Shown here: in pieces, positions 1 to 9,390 of the stretch
How positions within the stretch are numbered: position 1 is the stretch's first letter
Layout: the number at the start of each line of letters is the position of its first letter
NCBI GenBank assembly: GCA_038817885.1
Contig: JAWAZE010000003.1
Location: 1,698 to 65,697 of the forward strand
Origin: Candidatus Bathyarchaeia archaeon
Lineage (GTDB): Archaea > Thermoproteota > Bathyarchaeia > Bathyarchaeales > DTEX01
Direction: 5' to 3'
Length of the DNA stretch: 64,000 nt
The notes under the pieces: model-generated
Databases searched by the model: none
What the model saw: the letters and a program-made list of their open reading frames with translations, nothing else
Told to the model about the DNA's origin: nothing
Position numbers and translations under genes: made by a program

Positions 1-61
1 AAAATTAATTCTTAACAGCTTATTTATTAGGAACCTCGAAGCTGCATGTAAGAGCCTAGAT

Positions 62-592
62 ATGTACGCCATCTATAAAAGTTATGTTAATACTGCGGAT
101 TTTGAGAGATTGGGTAAGAGTGATGTAAAGCTTATGCTTGACTCGCTCTCGTCGGCGTGGGAGGGCATTATAAGGTTCGCCGCCTCCATATCACTATTAC
201 CTAAAGATGTCCACCCGAAACTCGGCGCTAAGCTCAAGTATTATGGGCGGGAACACTTCCTAAAAGGATTAAAAGCTAGAGCGAGCGGTCTCTTAGAAGA
301 CTCCCCAACAGAGGCAGCAAATTACATCTTTCACACTTTAATTGATGCCCTCGAAAGCTACGTTTATATAGCGTCCGTCACCGAGGGTGTAAGATTTGAT
401 TACGCCACAATCCTTAAGCATCTAAGCGAGTTGAAGAAGAGCCCGGTTAACGTATATTATAGCGCCATCAAGGCGCTGCGCGTAGAGGATGTTTCAAGCC
501 GAGAGGCTGAAAATATATTGAGGGCGGTTGCAGACGCAGCCCTAAACATAAGACAAAGAAGAAGGGAGTTAATATCGCGTCTATCAAGCTAA
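62..592 (+). CDS. hypothetical protein
   Basis: 176-aa ORF with ATG start and TAA stop. No competing ORF and no family motif recognised by eye. Confidence 0.45.
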   Translation: MYAIYKSYVNTADFERLGKSDVKLMLDSLSSAWEGIIRFAASISLLPKDVHPKLGAKLKYYGREHFLKGLKARASGLLEDSPTEAANYIFHTLIDALESYVYIASVTEGVRFDYATILKHLSELKKSPVNVYYSAIKALRVEDVSSREAENILRAVADAALNIRQRRRELISRLSS

Positions 593-644
593 GAGACCAA
601 AAAGAAAATAAGACCCAACCCATAAACTGTTAGCTGGTGAATGG

Positions 645-720
645 AGCCCGGTGGTGTAGCGGTCAAGCATGGTGGGCTCTGGACCCACTGACGGGAGTTC
701 GAATCTCCCCCGGGCTACCA
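645..720 (+). tRNA. tRNA-Gln (anticodon CTG), CCA encoded
   Basis: Cloverleaf folded by hand. Acceptor AGCCCGG/CCGGGCT. Anticodon arm GTGGG-CTCTGGA-CCCAC with CTG at 679-681. T arm GGGAG-TTCGAAT-CTCCC. Discriminator A717, CCA at 718-720. Confidence 0.95.
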
Positions 721-923
721 CATTTTAAACGGCTTAAAATAGGCTTTCATTAGATCAGATATTAATTCCGGCTTTTTCTTCCTGCGATTTCATAAAGAGA
801 GCTTAAAAAAACCTCTTTAGATTAGCGTCCATTTTTGCGTTTACCGGGAAATAGTGCAGAGGGCTGAGCTTCTCCTTAAAAATCTTTAAGGGGAGTGGCG
901 TATATGTTTCTTGGTGGTTAGGG

Positions 924-1439
924 TTGGGTTTCATCCACTTATATACTGGTGATGGTGAGGGCAAATCTATCACCGCCTTTGGTCTAGCCTTGAGAGCTGT
1001 CGGGCATGGCTATAAGGTTATAATAGTTCAGTTCATGAAGGGTAGAAAGGATGTTGGCGAGTATAAGATCCGGGGAAGGCTTGCGCCAAACTATGAGATC
1101 CGCCAATTTGGACGCAAGGAATTTATTGATTTAGAGAGCCCAAGCCTAATCGACTATGTATTGGCAAGGAGGGCCCTTAATTTCGCTAAAAAGGCGCTTA
1201 GTCGGAAGCCCCGTCTCCTAATCCTAGATGAGATAAACCTAGCCGTCTCAGTTGGGTTAGTTCAGCTTAGCGACGTCCTCGACCTTTTAAGTAATATACC
1301 TGAATCGACAACAGTTGTGTTGACTGGTAGGAATGCGCCTAAGGAGCTTATTGAGCTGGCTGACCTCGTCACCGAGATGCGTGAGATAAAGCATCCTTGG
1401 AGGAGTGGGGTTCAGGCTAGGAGGGGGATAGAATATTGA
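924..1439 (+). CDS. cobO: cob(I)yrinic acid a,c-diamide / cob(I)alamin adenosyltransferase (CobA/CobO/BtuR family)
   Basis: N-terminal IHLYTGDGEGKS P-loop-like motif. VIIVQFMKG and LLILDEINLA motifs and the ~170 aa size are typical of CobO/BtuR. TTG start. Confidence 0.8.
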   Translation: MGFIHLYTGDGEGKSITAFGLALRAVGHGYKVIIVQFMKGRKDVGEYKIRGRLAPNYEIRQFGRKEFIDLESPSLIDYVLARRALNFAKKALSRKPRLLILDEINLAVSVGLVQLSDVLDLLSNIPESTTVVLTGRNAPKELIELADLVTEMREIKHPWRSGVQARRGIEY

Positions 1440-1627
1440 GAGTTGGAGGCCTTTAGCGCCCCCTTTAAGATTCCGTCCCCTCCCTACCCTCGCAGTATAC
1501 AAGGTAGAGGAATACCAATATAAATGATATTAGAATTAGCACCTGCAAAATTGTTTTAAATGTATTAAAGAATTCTGCGCTCATTTTAGTTAATCCTCCA
1601 AGATTCTATTTAGAGCGTATGGACTAT

Positions 1628-2041
1628 TTAAGGCATTACCGTCTTCCACTCCCTCATCAGGAAGTCATAGAGTTCATCGCTCTCCTCGATGACGTCATAT
1701 TTCCCCAGAGACTCGGCGATCTTCTGCCCAATTAGATGGTAGCATAGGTAGGCTTTTTGGCTCATAACGTGAAAGTAGAAGTCGTTGCATGTGCAGAATA
1801 CGGCGTCGGGCATAACTAGGTAGTCCCTCCTCTTTCCGACAACTATCCAAACAACCCTCCCACTGGGCTTAAAAATATACTTCTTGATCCTACCATCCTT
1901 AATAGCCCTCCAAGCCTTTATGAAGCGGGATCCGAAGGCCGCGCTCAATTTATTAAAATTTTCATCACTAATCTTTCCAGACCTCTTAATATCCTCACAG
2001 ATGCTCTCAAGAAATTCGCTCTCGAATTTTTCCCTCTCCAT
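1628..2041 (-). CDS. SWIM-type zinc-finger protein
   Basis: CTCNDF...CYH (CxCx(n)CxH) SWIM signature near the C-terminus. Start trimmed to ATG at 2041 (MEREKF...); the ORF-track start at 2107 is an upstream alternative. Confidence 0.6.
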   Translation of the reverse strand: MEREKFESEFLESICEDIKRSGKISDENFNKLSAAFGSRFIKAWRAIKDGRIKKYIFKPSGRVVWIVVGKRRDYLVMPDAVFCTCNDFYFHVMSQKAYLCYHLIGQKIAESLGKYDVIEESDELYDFLMREWKTVMP

Positions 2042-2240
2042 GAAATCAAGACATATTATCTCGAGTTCTAGAATAAATATATTTTCGCAAGCGACATTCC
2101 CCCTCATATCTGCAATGGTTCATCACGTCTCAGCCCGCCCATCGCAATCATCGGGGCAAGAATAAATTATATTGCCGGAAGGATAAATCTTTTGTTCCTT
2201 GGGAGAAAAAATTAACTTCTCTAACCCAGCATAATACTGC

Positions 2241-2927
2241 TTGGTGAACCTGATGGAGAGCCGTCATCCGCCCGGCTCCGAGGAGGAGCTGAAAGAAGAG
2301 GTCTGTAGGGTCATGAGGAGGCTCTTCAATAGAGGTTTGATCTCAGCCATAAGTGGAAATGTTAGCGCCCGCCTCCCTGATGCTGGCGAATTCTGGATAA
2401 CTCCAAGCGGAGTATTCAAAGGCGATCTTAAGCCAAATGATCTGGTGAAGCTCGATCTTGATGGCAATGTTATTGAGGGCTCGCTGAAGCCATCTATCGA
2501 GACACCATTTCACGCAGCCATATATAGGCGGAGAAACGATGTAAACGCGGTTGTGCATAGCCATAATCCCATAACGAGCGGCCTCACCCTCGTGGGGATT
2601 AAGATTAAGCCCGCGACAATAGAGACTGCAACAATGCTTGGGGAGGTTAAGGTTGTTCCATGGGCCCTTCCGGGAACTAAGAGGTTGGCGAACCTTGTCA
2701 GCGAATATATTGAGGGGGCCAAAGCCCTAGTTCTCATGAACCACGGCGTTATAGGTGTTGGGAGAAGCCTTCTTGAGGCGGAGGCGATAGTTGAGGCCCT
2801 TGAGGAGGCTGCAACAGTACAGTTCATAGCATCATTATTCGCAAGAGATATTCCGCTTATCCCCGAAGAGGACATAGAGTTGATGAAGAAGTTATATGGA
2901 GGCCAGCCCCCTCTTACATTTGGTTAA
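2241..2927 (+). CDS. class II aldolase/adducin-family protein (fuculose-phosphate aldolase / MtnB-like)
   Basis: GNVSARL, PSIETPFHAAIY and VVHSHNP motifs, with metal-binding His residues typical of class II aldolases. Confidence 0.75.
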   Translation: MVNLMESRHPPGSEEELKEEVCRVMRRLFNRGLISAISGNVSARLPDAGEFWITPSGVFKGDLKPNDLVKLDLDGNVIEGSLKPSIETPFHAAIYRRRNDVNAVVHSHNPITSGLTLVGIKIKPATIETATMLGEVKVVPWALPGTKRLANLVSEYIEGAKALVLMNHGVIGVGRSLLEAEAIVEALEEAATVQFIASLFARDIPLIPEEDIELMKKLYGGQPPLTFG

Positions 2928-2996
2928 TTATTGCGTTGGGGATGGTAATGTTTAAATTGGAGTTTACTTTTTGCCTACCTAATAGGTGGGATATCT

Positions 2997-3158
2997 TTGG
3001 CGGGAGAGGGAGAGCAGGTCCTACTATATCAGTGTGTTAGATGCGGAACAATCGTTAAGTCAACCGATCTAGAGCTTGGCATAAGATGCCCATACTGCCG
3101 CTACAGGGTTCTTAAGAAGGTTAGGCCGCCTGTTGTTAAGCGGGTTCTAGCCAGATGA
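2997..3158 (+). CDS. rpoP: DNA-directed RNA polymerase subunit P (Rpo12)
   Basis: 53-codon ORF below the ORF-track cutoff. Translation is ...YQCVRCGTIVKSTDLELGIRCPYCRYRVLKKVRPPVVKRVLAR, a four-Cys zinc ribbon with the RpoP-typical IRCPYC and K-x-RP tail. The TTG start at 2997 is tentative. Confidence 0.8.
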   Translation: MAGEGEQVLLYQCVRCGTIVKSTDLELGIRCPYCRYRVLKKVRPPVVKRVLAR

Positions 3159-3234
3159 GATAGGGGATAGTGGGCTATAAGAAAACCATAATTATATTGC
3201 TTGAAATTATACTTGAGCTGAGATGTGGTGATCC

Positions 3235-4494
3235 ATGACGCCAGATTTTAAGGTTAAGGACATAAGCCTAGCAGATAGGGGAGAGATGCTTATAGAGTGG
3301 GCTTCCAGGCATATGCCGGTCCTAAACCAGATTGCCGCGCGATTTAGATGTGAGAGACCCCTTAAGGGATTGAGGATAGGAGCATGCCTACATGTAACTA
3401 AGGAGACAGCCGTCCTCATTAAGGCTCTGGTGGATGGTGGGGCTGATGTAGCCTTATGCGGCTCCAACCCACTCTCAACACAGGATGATGTTGCTGCGGC
3501 GCTTATTAAAGCTGGTGTTAGAGTTTATGCTTGGCGTGGGGAGACAACCGAGGAATATTATTGGTGTATAAACCGGGTGATAGATTTCCGGCCGACGATC
3601 ACGCTGGACGATGGCGCAGACCTCGTCACCACAATACACCTTTCAAGAAGAGAAGCCTTAGAGAACGTTTTAGGCGGGACCGAGGAGACGACGACAGGCG
3701 TTATGCGCTTAAAGGCCATGGCTGAGAAGGGCGCCCTCAAGTACCCTATAATAGCCGTGAACAATGCCTGCACAAAATATCTCTTCGACAATAGGTATGG
3801 GACCGGGCAGAGCACAATAGATGGTATACTGAGGACAACCAGCGTGCTTCTAGCTGGGAAGACCGTGGTTGTGTGTGGTTATGGCTGGTGTGGGCGCGGC
3901 ATAGCTATGAGGTCTAGGGGGATGGGCGCAAACGTTATAGTGGTTGAGGTTAATCCAGTAAGGGCTCTGGAGGCGGTCATGGACGGGTTCCAAGTTGCAC
4001 CCTTAAGTAGGGCGGCTGAGATAGGTGACATCTTCATAACCGCAACGGGCAACATAAATGTTATCCGAAGAGAACATATGCTTAAAATGAGGGACGGGGC
4101 CATACTCGCCAATAGCGGCCACTTCAACGTGGAGATAAGCCTCCCAGATCTAGAAGGCATATCGGAGTCAAAGAGGACAATCCGTCAAAACCTGGACGAA
4201 TACACCCTTAAGAATGGAAGGAGAATCTACCTATTAGCTGAGGGGCGGCTGGTAAACCTGGCGGCAGCCGAAGGCCACCCCTCTGAGGTTATGGACATGT
4301 CCTTCTCAAACCAAGCCCTATGCGTTGAATATTTGGCTAAGGGTCCTAGGATGGAGCCGAGGGTCTATGATGTCCCGAGAGAGATTGATGAGGCTGTTGC
4401 GAGACTAAAGCTAAAAGCAATGAATATAGAGATAGATGAGATGACTGAGGAGCAGAAAAAGTATATTGCGAGCTGGGAGGCTGGAACAGTCTAA
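3235..4494 (+). CDS. ahcY: S-adenosyl-L-homocysteine hydrolase
   Basis: Full-length match to adenosylhomocysteinase. Motifs: [33 protein letters not shown] fold, GHFNVEI. Confidence 0.95.
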   Translation: MTPDFKVKDISLADRGEMLIEWASRHMPVLNQIAARFRCERPLKGLRIGACLHVTKETAVLIKALVDGGADVALCGSNPLSTQDDVAAALIKAGVRVYAWRGETTEEYYWCINRVIDFRPTITLDDGADLVTTIHLSRREALENVLGGTEETTTGVMRLKAMAEKGALKYPIIAVNNACTKYLFDNRYGTGQSTIDGILRTTSVLLAGKTVVVCGYGWCGRGIAMRSRGMGANVIVVEVNPVRALEAVMDGFQVAPLSRAAEIGDIFITATGNINVIRREHMLKMRDGAILANSGHFNVEISLPDLEGISESKRTIRQNLDEYTLKNGRRIYLLAEGRLVNLAAAEGHPSEVMDMSFSNQALCVEYLAKGPRMEPRVYDVPREIDEAVARLKLKAMNIEIDEMTEEQKKYIASWEAGTV

Positions 4495-4517
4495 AGATAT
4501 TGTAAGCCCCGCCGAAA

Positions 4518-5306
4518 ATGTGGTTGTTCATGAGTAGATATTATCTGCCCAGCGGCATGCGGCCGTCGACATTAGAGGAGCGCAGACGATTCTATAGGGA
4601 TGAGTTTAACATCAATGGGGTGAGGGGCTGGTTTAGCGGTTGGCGTGGAAAAGTCGTATTCGCAGTGATAATCGGCAGACATACGAGGATCTATCCGCCA
4701 GAATATGAGGAGGACGCCTCAACAACCATCATCATAGAGAACTACAGGGATTTAGAGGATCTCAGAGAATGGATACTTGAGTTCCTTCCAGAATCAGTAT
4801 ACTATGACAGGAACATTTACAGCGGGGAGGGAAATATCTTAGGTCAGGAACTCGCCTTCGACATCGACCCAGAAAACTTTACGTGCCCAATACACGGCTC
4901 GCTCGAGGATAAAATGCGCAGGCATCAGGGATTGAGCTTCTGCGAGCTAGAGTTTGAGATGGCTAAAGGGGAGACGATAAAACTTTACGAGGCACTTTCC
5001 GAGAACTTCACGAAGTTAAGGGTGGTCTATTCTGGAAGGGGATTCCACATACATGTTCTCGACGAAGATACGTTCAGTTGGAGCTACGAGAGGCGAAGGA
5101 ACTTCGCAATGGAAATGAAAGGTATGGGGTTTGTATTTGATGATTGGGTTACTTCCGGCGGGATGAGGTTGATAAGGCTACCTTATAGTCTCCATGGAAT
5201 GGTCTCCAGAATAGTGATCCCACTAGATTTTTCTGAGATAGAGAGATTTAACCCAGTAAGCGATGTTAAGTGTATACCAGCCTTCCTTAGAGCAGGCGCC
5301 GAGTAA
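4518..5306 (+). CDS. priS: DNA primase small (catalytic) subunit, AEP family
   Basis: AEP motifs: LAFDIDP (motif I), YSGRGFHIHV (motif II), RLIRLPYSLHG (motif III). Confidence 0.75.
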   Translation: MWLFMSRYYLPSGMRPSTLEERRRFYRDEFNINGVRGWFSGWRGKVVFAVIIGRHTRIYPPEYEEDASTTIIIENYRDLEDLREWILEFLPESVYYDRNIYSGEGNILGQELAFDIDPENFTCPIHGSLEDKMRRHQGLSFCELEFEMAKGETIKLYEALSENFTKLRVVYSGRGFHIHVLDEDTFSWSYERRRNFAMEMKGMGFVFDDWVTSGGMRLIRLPYSLHGMVSRIVIPLDFSEIERFNPVSDVKCIPAFLRAGAE

Positions 5307-5476
5307 TTACTTCTTTTTTCTTCTACAACCCTTCTTCTTAACTTCCTCAGCCTTCTTCTCCTTCTCACCATAATAGTAATACTTTTTCTTCTTCTCAGCC
5401 TCGGACAAACGATTCCCTCCAATAGATTATTTAATCAAAACTTACATAATAAATTTGTTAAGGAGAAAGTACTGGT

Positions 5477-6289
5477 GTGGTGATGGAGGGCGCGGTTGAT
5501 TTACTCGTGAATGTTGCGAGAGAAATATACTCTGCAGTTCATCCCCTACTTGGAACACTAAACGCCAGAAAGGTCGTCGGCTCGGGGTTCGGTGGGGATA
5601 AAACGAGGTTTATTGACGCCGTATCCGAGAAGGCTGCCATAGAATATTTAGAGAGAAATAATTTTTCCTGCGTCTTCATTGGGGAGGAGTGTGGTGTAAG
5701 GAGAATTGGTTTATCGCCCAACTTTTACCTAGCCGTTGATGGCGTTGATGGAACGAACAATGCTATGAGGGGCATAAGATTCGCGTCTGCATCCATAGCC
5801 CTATCAAGAACACCGTACCTAAGCGACATAGAGGCGGCTGTCGTAATGGATTTATACAGTGGAGAGATATTCTCCGCCGAGAGAGGCTCCGGCGCCAAAC
5901 GAAACGGGCAGAGAATAAGGACATCTGAAGCAAAATGCCTTAGAGATTCGATCGTCAGCATCAATATAACGAAGAATGCCGAGGCCGCAAAAAGATTGCT
6001 GCCAGTTATAAGTAGAGCGAAAGGTATAAGATCCTTCGGATCAGCGGCTCTAGAAATATGCCACGTTGCATGCGGCCTCCTGGAGGCGTATATAGATTTA
6101 CGTGGGGTTCTTAGAACTATGGATTTTGCCGCTGGAATGCTCATTTTAAGGGAGGCTGGTGGGGTGATTCTGCAGCCAAGTGGTGATGAGATACCTGGGG
6201 CGCCATTAACGGAGATTAGGCGCTTCTCAATAGTGGCGTCGGCTAACGAAGATCTACTTAAAGAAATATTGTCGCTAACAACCCAATAA
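5477..6289 (+). CDS. suhB: inositol monophosphatase / fructose-1,6-bisphosphatase family protein
   Basis: IGEE, AVDGVDGTNN (DPxDGT-like) and MDFAAG (WDxAAG-like) motifs. Confidence 0.75.
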   Translation: MVMEGAVDLLVNVAREIYSAVHPLLGTLNARKVVGSGFGGDKTRFIDAVSEKAAIEYLERNNFSCVFIGEECGVRRIGLSPNFYLAVDGVDGTNNAMRGIRFASASIALSRTPYLSDIEAAVVMDLYSGEIFSAERGSGAKRNGQRIRTSEAKCLRDSIVSINITKNAEAAKRLLPVISRAKGIRSFGSAALEICHVACGLLEAYIDLRGVLRTMDFAAGMLILREAGGVILQPSGDEIPGAPLTEIRRFSIVASANEDLLKEILSLTTQ

Positions 6290-6313
6290 GCAGATAATTG
6301 GCGGTGAATTGGG

Positions 6314-7180
6314 GTGGCTGCCGCACTTAAGCCAGTAAGTCCTTACCCGGCATTAACCATAATTAGTGAGGGGGAGAAGGCCCTAGTTATCTCCGACCTA
6401 CATTTGGGTTGGGAGGCAAGCCTCTCAGAGAAGGGAATTCACATACCAACCCAGACAAATAGGCTTTTAAGAAGATTGGAGCGAATATTAGCGCTTGAGA
6501 GGCCGGATTACCTAATCATCTTAGGCGACATTAAGCATACTATTGAGAAGATTGAAGCTGAGGAGTGGCGCGATATACCAGAATTTTTTGAGAGAATTCT
6601 CGACAAGGTTGGGCATATAAAGGTTGTGCCTGGAAATCATGATGGAAACATAGAGGCCCTACTGCCAAGCAGGGTTGAGGTTGCACCGCAGCATGGAATA
6701 ATCTTTGGCGGCGTCGGGCTATTTCATGGTCATACCTGGCCGGATGTGAGGATGATTGGATGCGAAACTTTGGTCATCGGCCACATCCACCCCGCAATAG
6801 TGTTTAAGGATCCGGCGGGCTTCCACATAACGAGCCAGATTTGGGTTAAGGCTCCCTGCGATGAATTTGCTCTTATTAGGGCGGTGCTAAAACGCTATAG
6901 GGTTAAGCTTAAGGCTGGGGACAGCCCGGAGGAGATCTTTAAGAAGAATTTTGCAGTTGAACCGAGAGTTAAATCTTTGGTTGTGATGCCGCCATTTAAT
7001 GATGTCTTGGGTGGGAGAGCTATAAATAGGGCTTCAACCATTAAAGATGCAATCTTTAAGGGCTTCATTGGGCCGGTGCTTAGATCCGGCGGCGTTATGC
7101 TTGATAGGGCTGAGATTTATCTACTTGATGGGACATTTATTGGGACTCTTGATAAGATTATTGCATTAAGCGAGCATTAA
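6314..7180 (+). CDS. metallophosphoesterase (calcineurin-like, ICC/SbcD-related archaeal family)
   Basis: Motifs SDLHLG, GDIKH, PGNHD, GHTW and GHIH, in canonical order. Confidence 0.7.
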   Translation: MAAALKPVSPYPALTIISEGEKALVISDLHLGWEASLSEKGIHIPTQTNRLLRRLERILALERPDYLIILGDIKHTIEKIEAEEWRDIPEFFERILDKVGHIKVVPGNHDGNIEALLPSRVEVAPQHGIIFGGVGLFHGHTWPDVRMIGCETLVIGHIHPAIVFKDPAGFHITSQIWVKAPCDEFALIRAVLKRYRVKLKAGDSPEEIFKKNFAVEPRVKSLVVMPPFNDVLGGRAINRASTIKDAIFKGFIGPVLRSGGVMLDRAEIYLLDGTFIGTLDKIIALSEH

Positions 7181-7254
7181 AGTCTCTAGTGAAAAATATA
7201 TTGTAGTTCCGCCCTTATAATTTATGATCACATGCTTCTAGGAAGCGTTTAAGA

Positions 7255-7821
7255 ATGGAGGAGGCAAAACTCAAGAAGTTAGCGGAGCTGAGGGAGATTC
7301 TTGAGGAGAGAATAAAGAGTTTAGAGGCTGAGATTGAAGGTTTAAGGATGATCCTAGAGTTCGTTAACAACCTTCTGCTCGAGAAGAGTTTTAGAAGGGT
7401 TGAGGAGATTATCCCAGCAAAGGTTTCTGAAGCGCCCCAGATTGCACAGCCACCAGCTGTAGAACCCTCTAGAATTATACCACTGAAAACGAGCTCCGGC
7501 GAACTACTAGCAAACATTTATATAGAAGATAGGAACCTGCGCGTCATTCCAGAACCTGGGAAAAAATTCGATGTAAGCGTCCCACCATTCGAGGCCTTCT
7601 TGGTCGAGAAGGTTCTAAATAAAATGCGTGATCTTGATCAGGAAGCCGTTAGGAGGGGTGAACTCGCCCCAGAGGAAGCTATCTCATACGAGGTAAGGAG
7701 GGATGGGAGTATCATTAAGGAGATATTTATTCAGAACGTGACGCCGCAGAGGGAGCGGGAGTTGAGGTCGGCGATACGCTGGACCCTAGAGAAGATGTAT
7801 GAGAAGACTAAGACTTCTTAA
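7255..7821 (+). CDS. hypothetical protein with N-terminal coiled coil
   Basis: 188-aa ORF with a heptad-like charged N-terminus (KLKKLAELREILEERIKSLEAEIEGL). No family recognised. Confidence 0.5.
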   Translation: MEEAKLKKLAELREILEERIKSLEAEIEGLRMILEFVNNLLLEKSFRRVEEIIPAKVSEAPQIAQPPAVEPSRIIPLKTSSGELLANIYIEDRNLRVIPEPGKKFDVSVPPFEAFLVEKVLNKMRDLDQEAVRRGELAPEEAISYEVRRDGSIIKEIFIQNVTPQRERELRSAIRWTLEKMYEKTKTS

Positions 7822-8031
7822 CCAGCGAAATAACCGGCATTGTTAGATACGAAATCTTCATAATCCTCTCCTCACATAAGATTATTTTGGACAATGAGGA
7901 GATCGAGGTACGTGGACGCTTGCTAGCGGTGGATGACGACCTTTTCCCGCTCCTGAGTCCAGTAACTAAATGATCCAGACCACGTAGATCCGTCAACCAA
8001 AATGTTAAAATTTTTATTAGCACTTTAATGT

Positions 8032-9390
8032 TTGCATGATATAGCTGAGGGTTTACATCTGGGAGGACCCATCTTGCGCCATGATATACTTCAACCAGTA
8101 CGTGGTATGAGGGATTTGATGCCGGAGGAGGCGTGGAAACTCCGGTTTATTGAGGACAACGCTAGGCGCCTAGCGGAATTATATGGTTATGAGGAGGTCA
8201 TAACGCCGATTATTGAGCATTATGAGCTGCTGGCAGCTAAGATTGGCGAGGAGAATAGGAAGAGGATGTACGTCTTTGAGGACATGGGTGGGAGGAAGGT
8301 TGCCTTGAGACCCGAGTTCACGGCATCGATGGCTAGGCTCGTCGCCACAAAATTATTGACGGCGCCTAAGCCCATAAGGCTATTTTCATTTGGGAGACTC
8401 TATCGCTATGATGAGCCTCAGCTCGGGAGGTACCGCGAATTTTGGCAGGCGAATTACGAGCTCGTAGGTTCAAGCAGACCTGAGGCGGACGCCGAGATCC
8501 TACACCTCACAAATGATTTTCTCAAAAGTCTCGGCTTAAGAAATTATACTGTGAAGGTTAACCATGTAGGTATTCTCCGCGAAATACTTAGCCATGAGGG
8601 TATTTCTGAGGATGGGCAGAATGCGATCATGCAGGCGCTCGATAAGAAGAATTGGGATAAAGCAATAGATCATGCCAAAAACCTCGGCGCGAGAGATGAA
8701 TGCATAGAGGTTTTGAGGAATCTCATCAATATAAGGGGTTACGATAAAAACAAGTTTATAAATGAGGTGGATGAGGCAGTTAAGGCTTATCCCGAGGCGA
8801 TGGGAGCCCTTAATAACTTCAGAGAGACTATTGATCTAATCGATGAGGCTGGCATAAAAATGCAGCTTTACTTCGAGGCTGGCTTCGCGAGGGGGCTAGA
8901 ATACTATACTGGAATAATATTTGAAACCTATGTGCCCGAGCTGAGCATCGCGATATGCGGCGGCGGGAGATATGATAAGCTCATAGAGTCTTTTGGAGGC
9001 GGCATGATCCCAGCCGTCGGCGTCGCCTTTGGCGTTGACAGAATCATGCTGGCCATGGATAAGCAGAGTATAAGTCTACCTAAGTCTCGGAGGGAGAAAG
9101 CTTTAGTCATCTCCTTAGATAGTGGCCTCCTAGCCGAGGCAATTAAAGTGGCGGGCATGCTCAGAGAGAACGGCATTCCATCGGAGGTTGAGGTTATGGG
9201 GCGAGGTCTCACAAGGGCTCTCTCCGACGCCAGCAGAAGGAATATAACACATGCCATAATTATTGGTCGAAAGGAAATCGGTTGGGGAAAGGTTATTTTA
9301 AGAGATATGGGGAGCAAAGTTCAGGAGGAGGTTAAAGTAGAAGAGCTACCAGTTAAAATACGCGGGGAATCATCCTCCAAAAGCGGTTAA
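8032..9390 (+). CDS. hisS: histidyl-tRNA synthetase
   Basis: Class II motifs: GMRDLMP, LRPEFT, RLYRYDEPQLGRYREFWQ, GGGRYD, AVGVAFG. The start may lie a few codons downstream. Confidence 0.9.
   Translation: MHDIAEGLHLGGPILRHDILQPVRGMRDLMPEEAWKLRFIEDNARRLAELYGYEEVITPIIEHYELLAAKIGEENRKRMYVFEDMGGRKVALRPEFTASMARLVATKLLTAPKPIRLFSFGRLYRYDEPQLGRYREFWQANYELVGSSRPEADAEILHLTNDFLKSLGLRNYTVKVNHVGILREILSHEGISEDGQNAIMQALDKKNWDKAIDHAKNLGARDECIEVLRNLINIRGYDKNKFINEVDEAVKAYPEAMGALNNFRETIDLIDEAGIKMQLYFEAGFARGLEYYTGIIFETYVPELSIAICGGGRYDKLIESFGGGMIPAVGVAFGVDRIMLAMDKQSISLPKSRREKALVISLDSGLLAEAIKVAGMLRENGIPSEVEVMGRGLTRALSDASRRNITHAIIIGRKEIGWGKVILRDMGSKVQEEVKVEELPVKIRGESSSKSG

Noticed and set aside
5183-5422. 79-aa Arg-rich minus-strand ORF
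   Set aside because: It overlaps the 3' end of priS by more than 100 nt. It is a frame artefact of a purine-rich tract. Only the short Lys-rich frame (5307-5408) has an SD and no overlap, and even that is reported as speculative.
7894-7956. Possible C/D-box sRNA in the spacer before hisS (ATGAGGA ... GGATGAC ... CTGA)
   Set aside because: Both C-like boxes deviate from RUGAUGA. There is no convincing D' box, and the C'-to-D spacing (~16 nt) does not fit the ~12-nt guide architecture.
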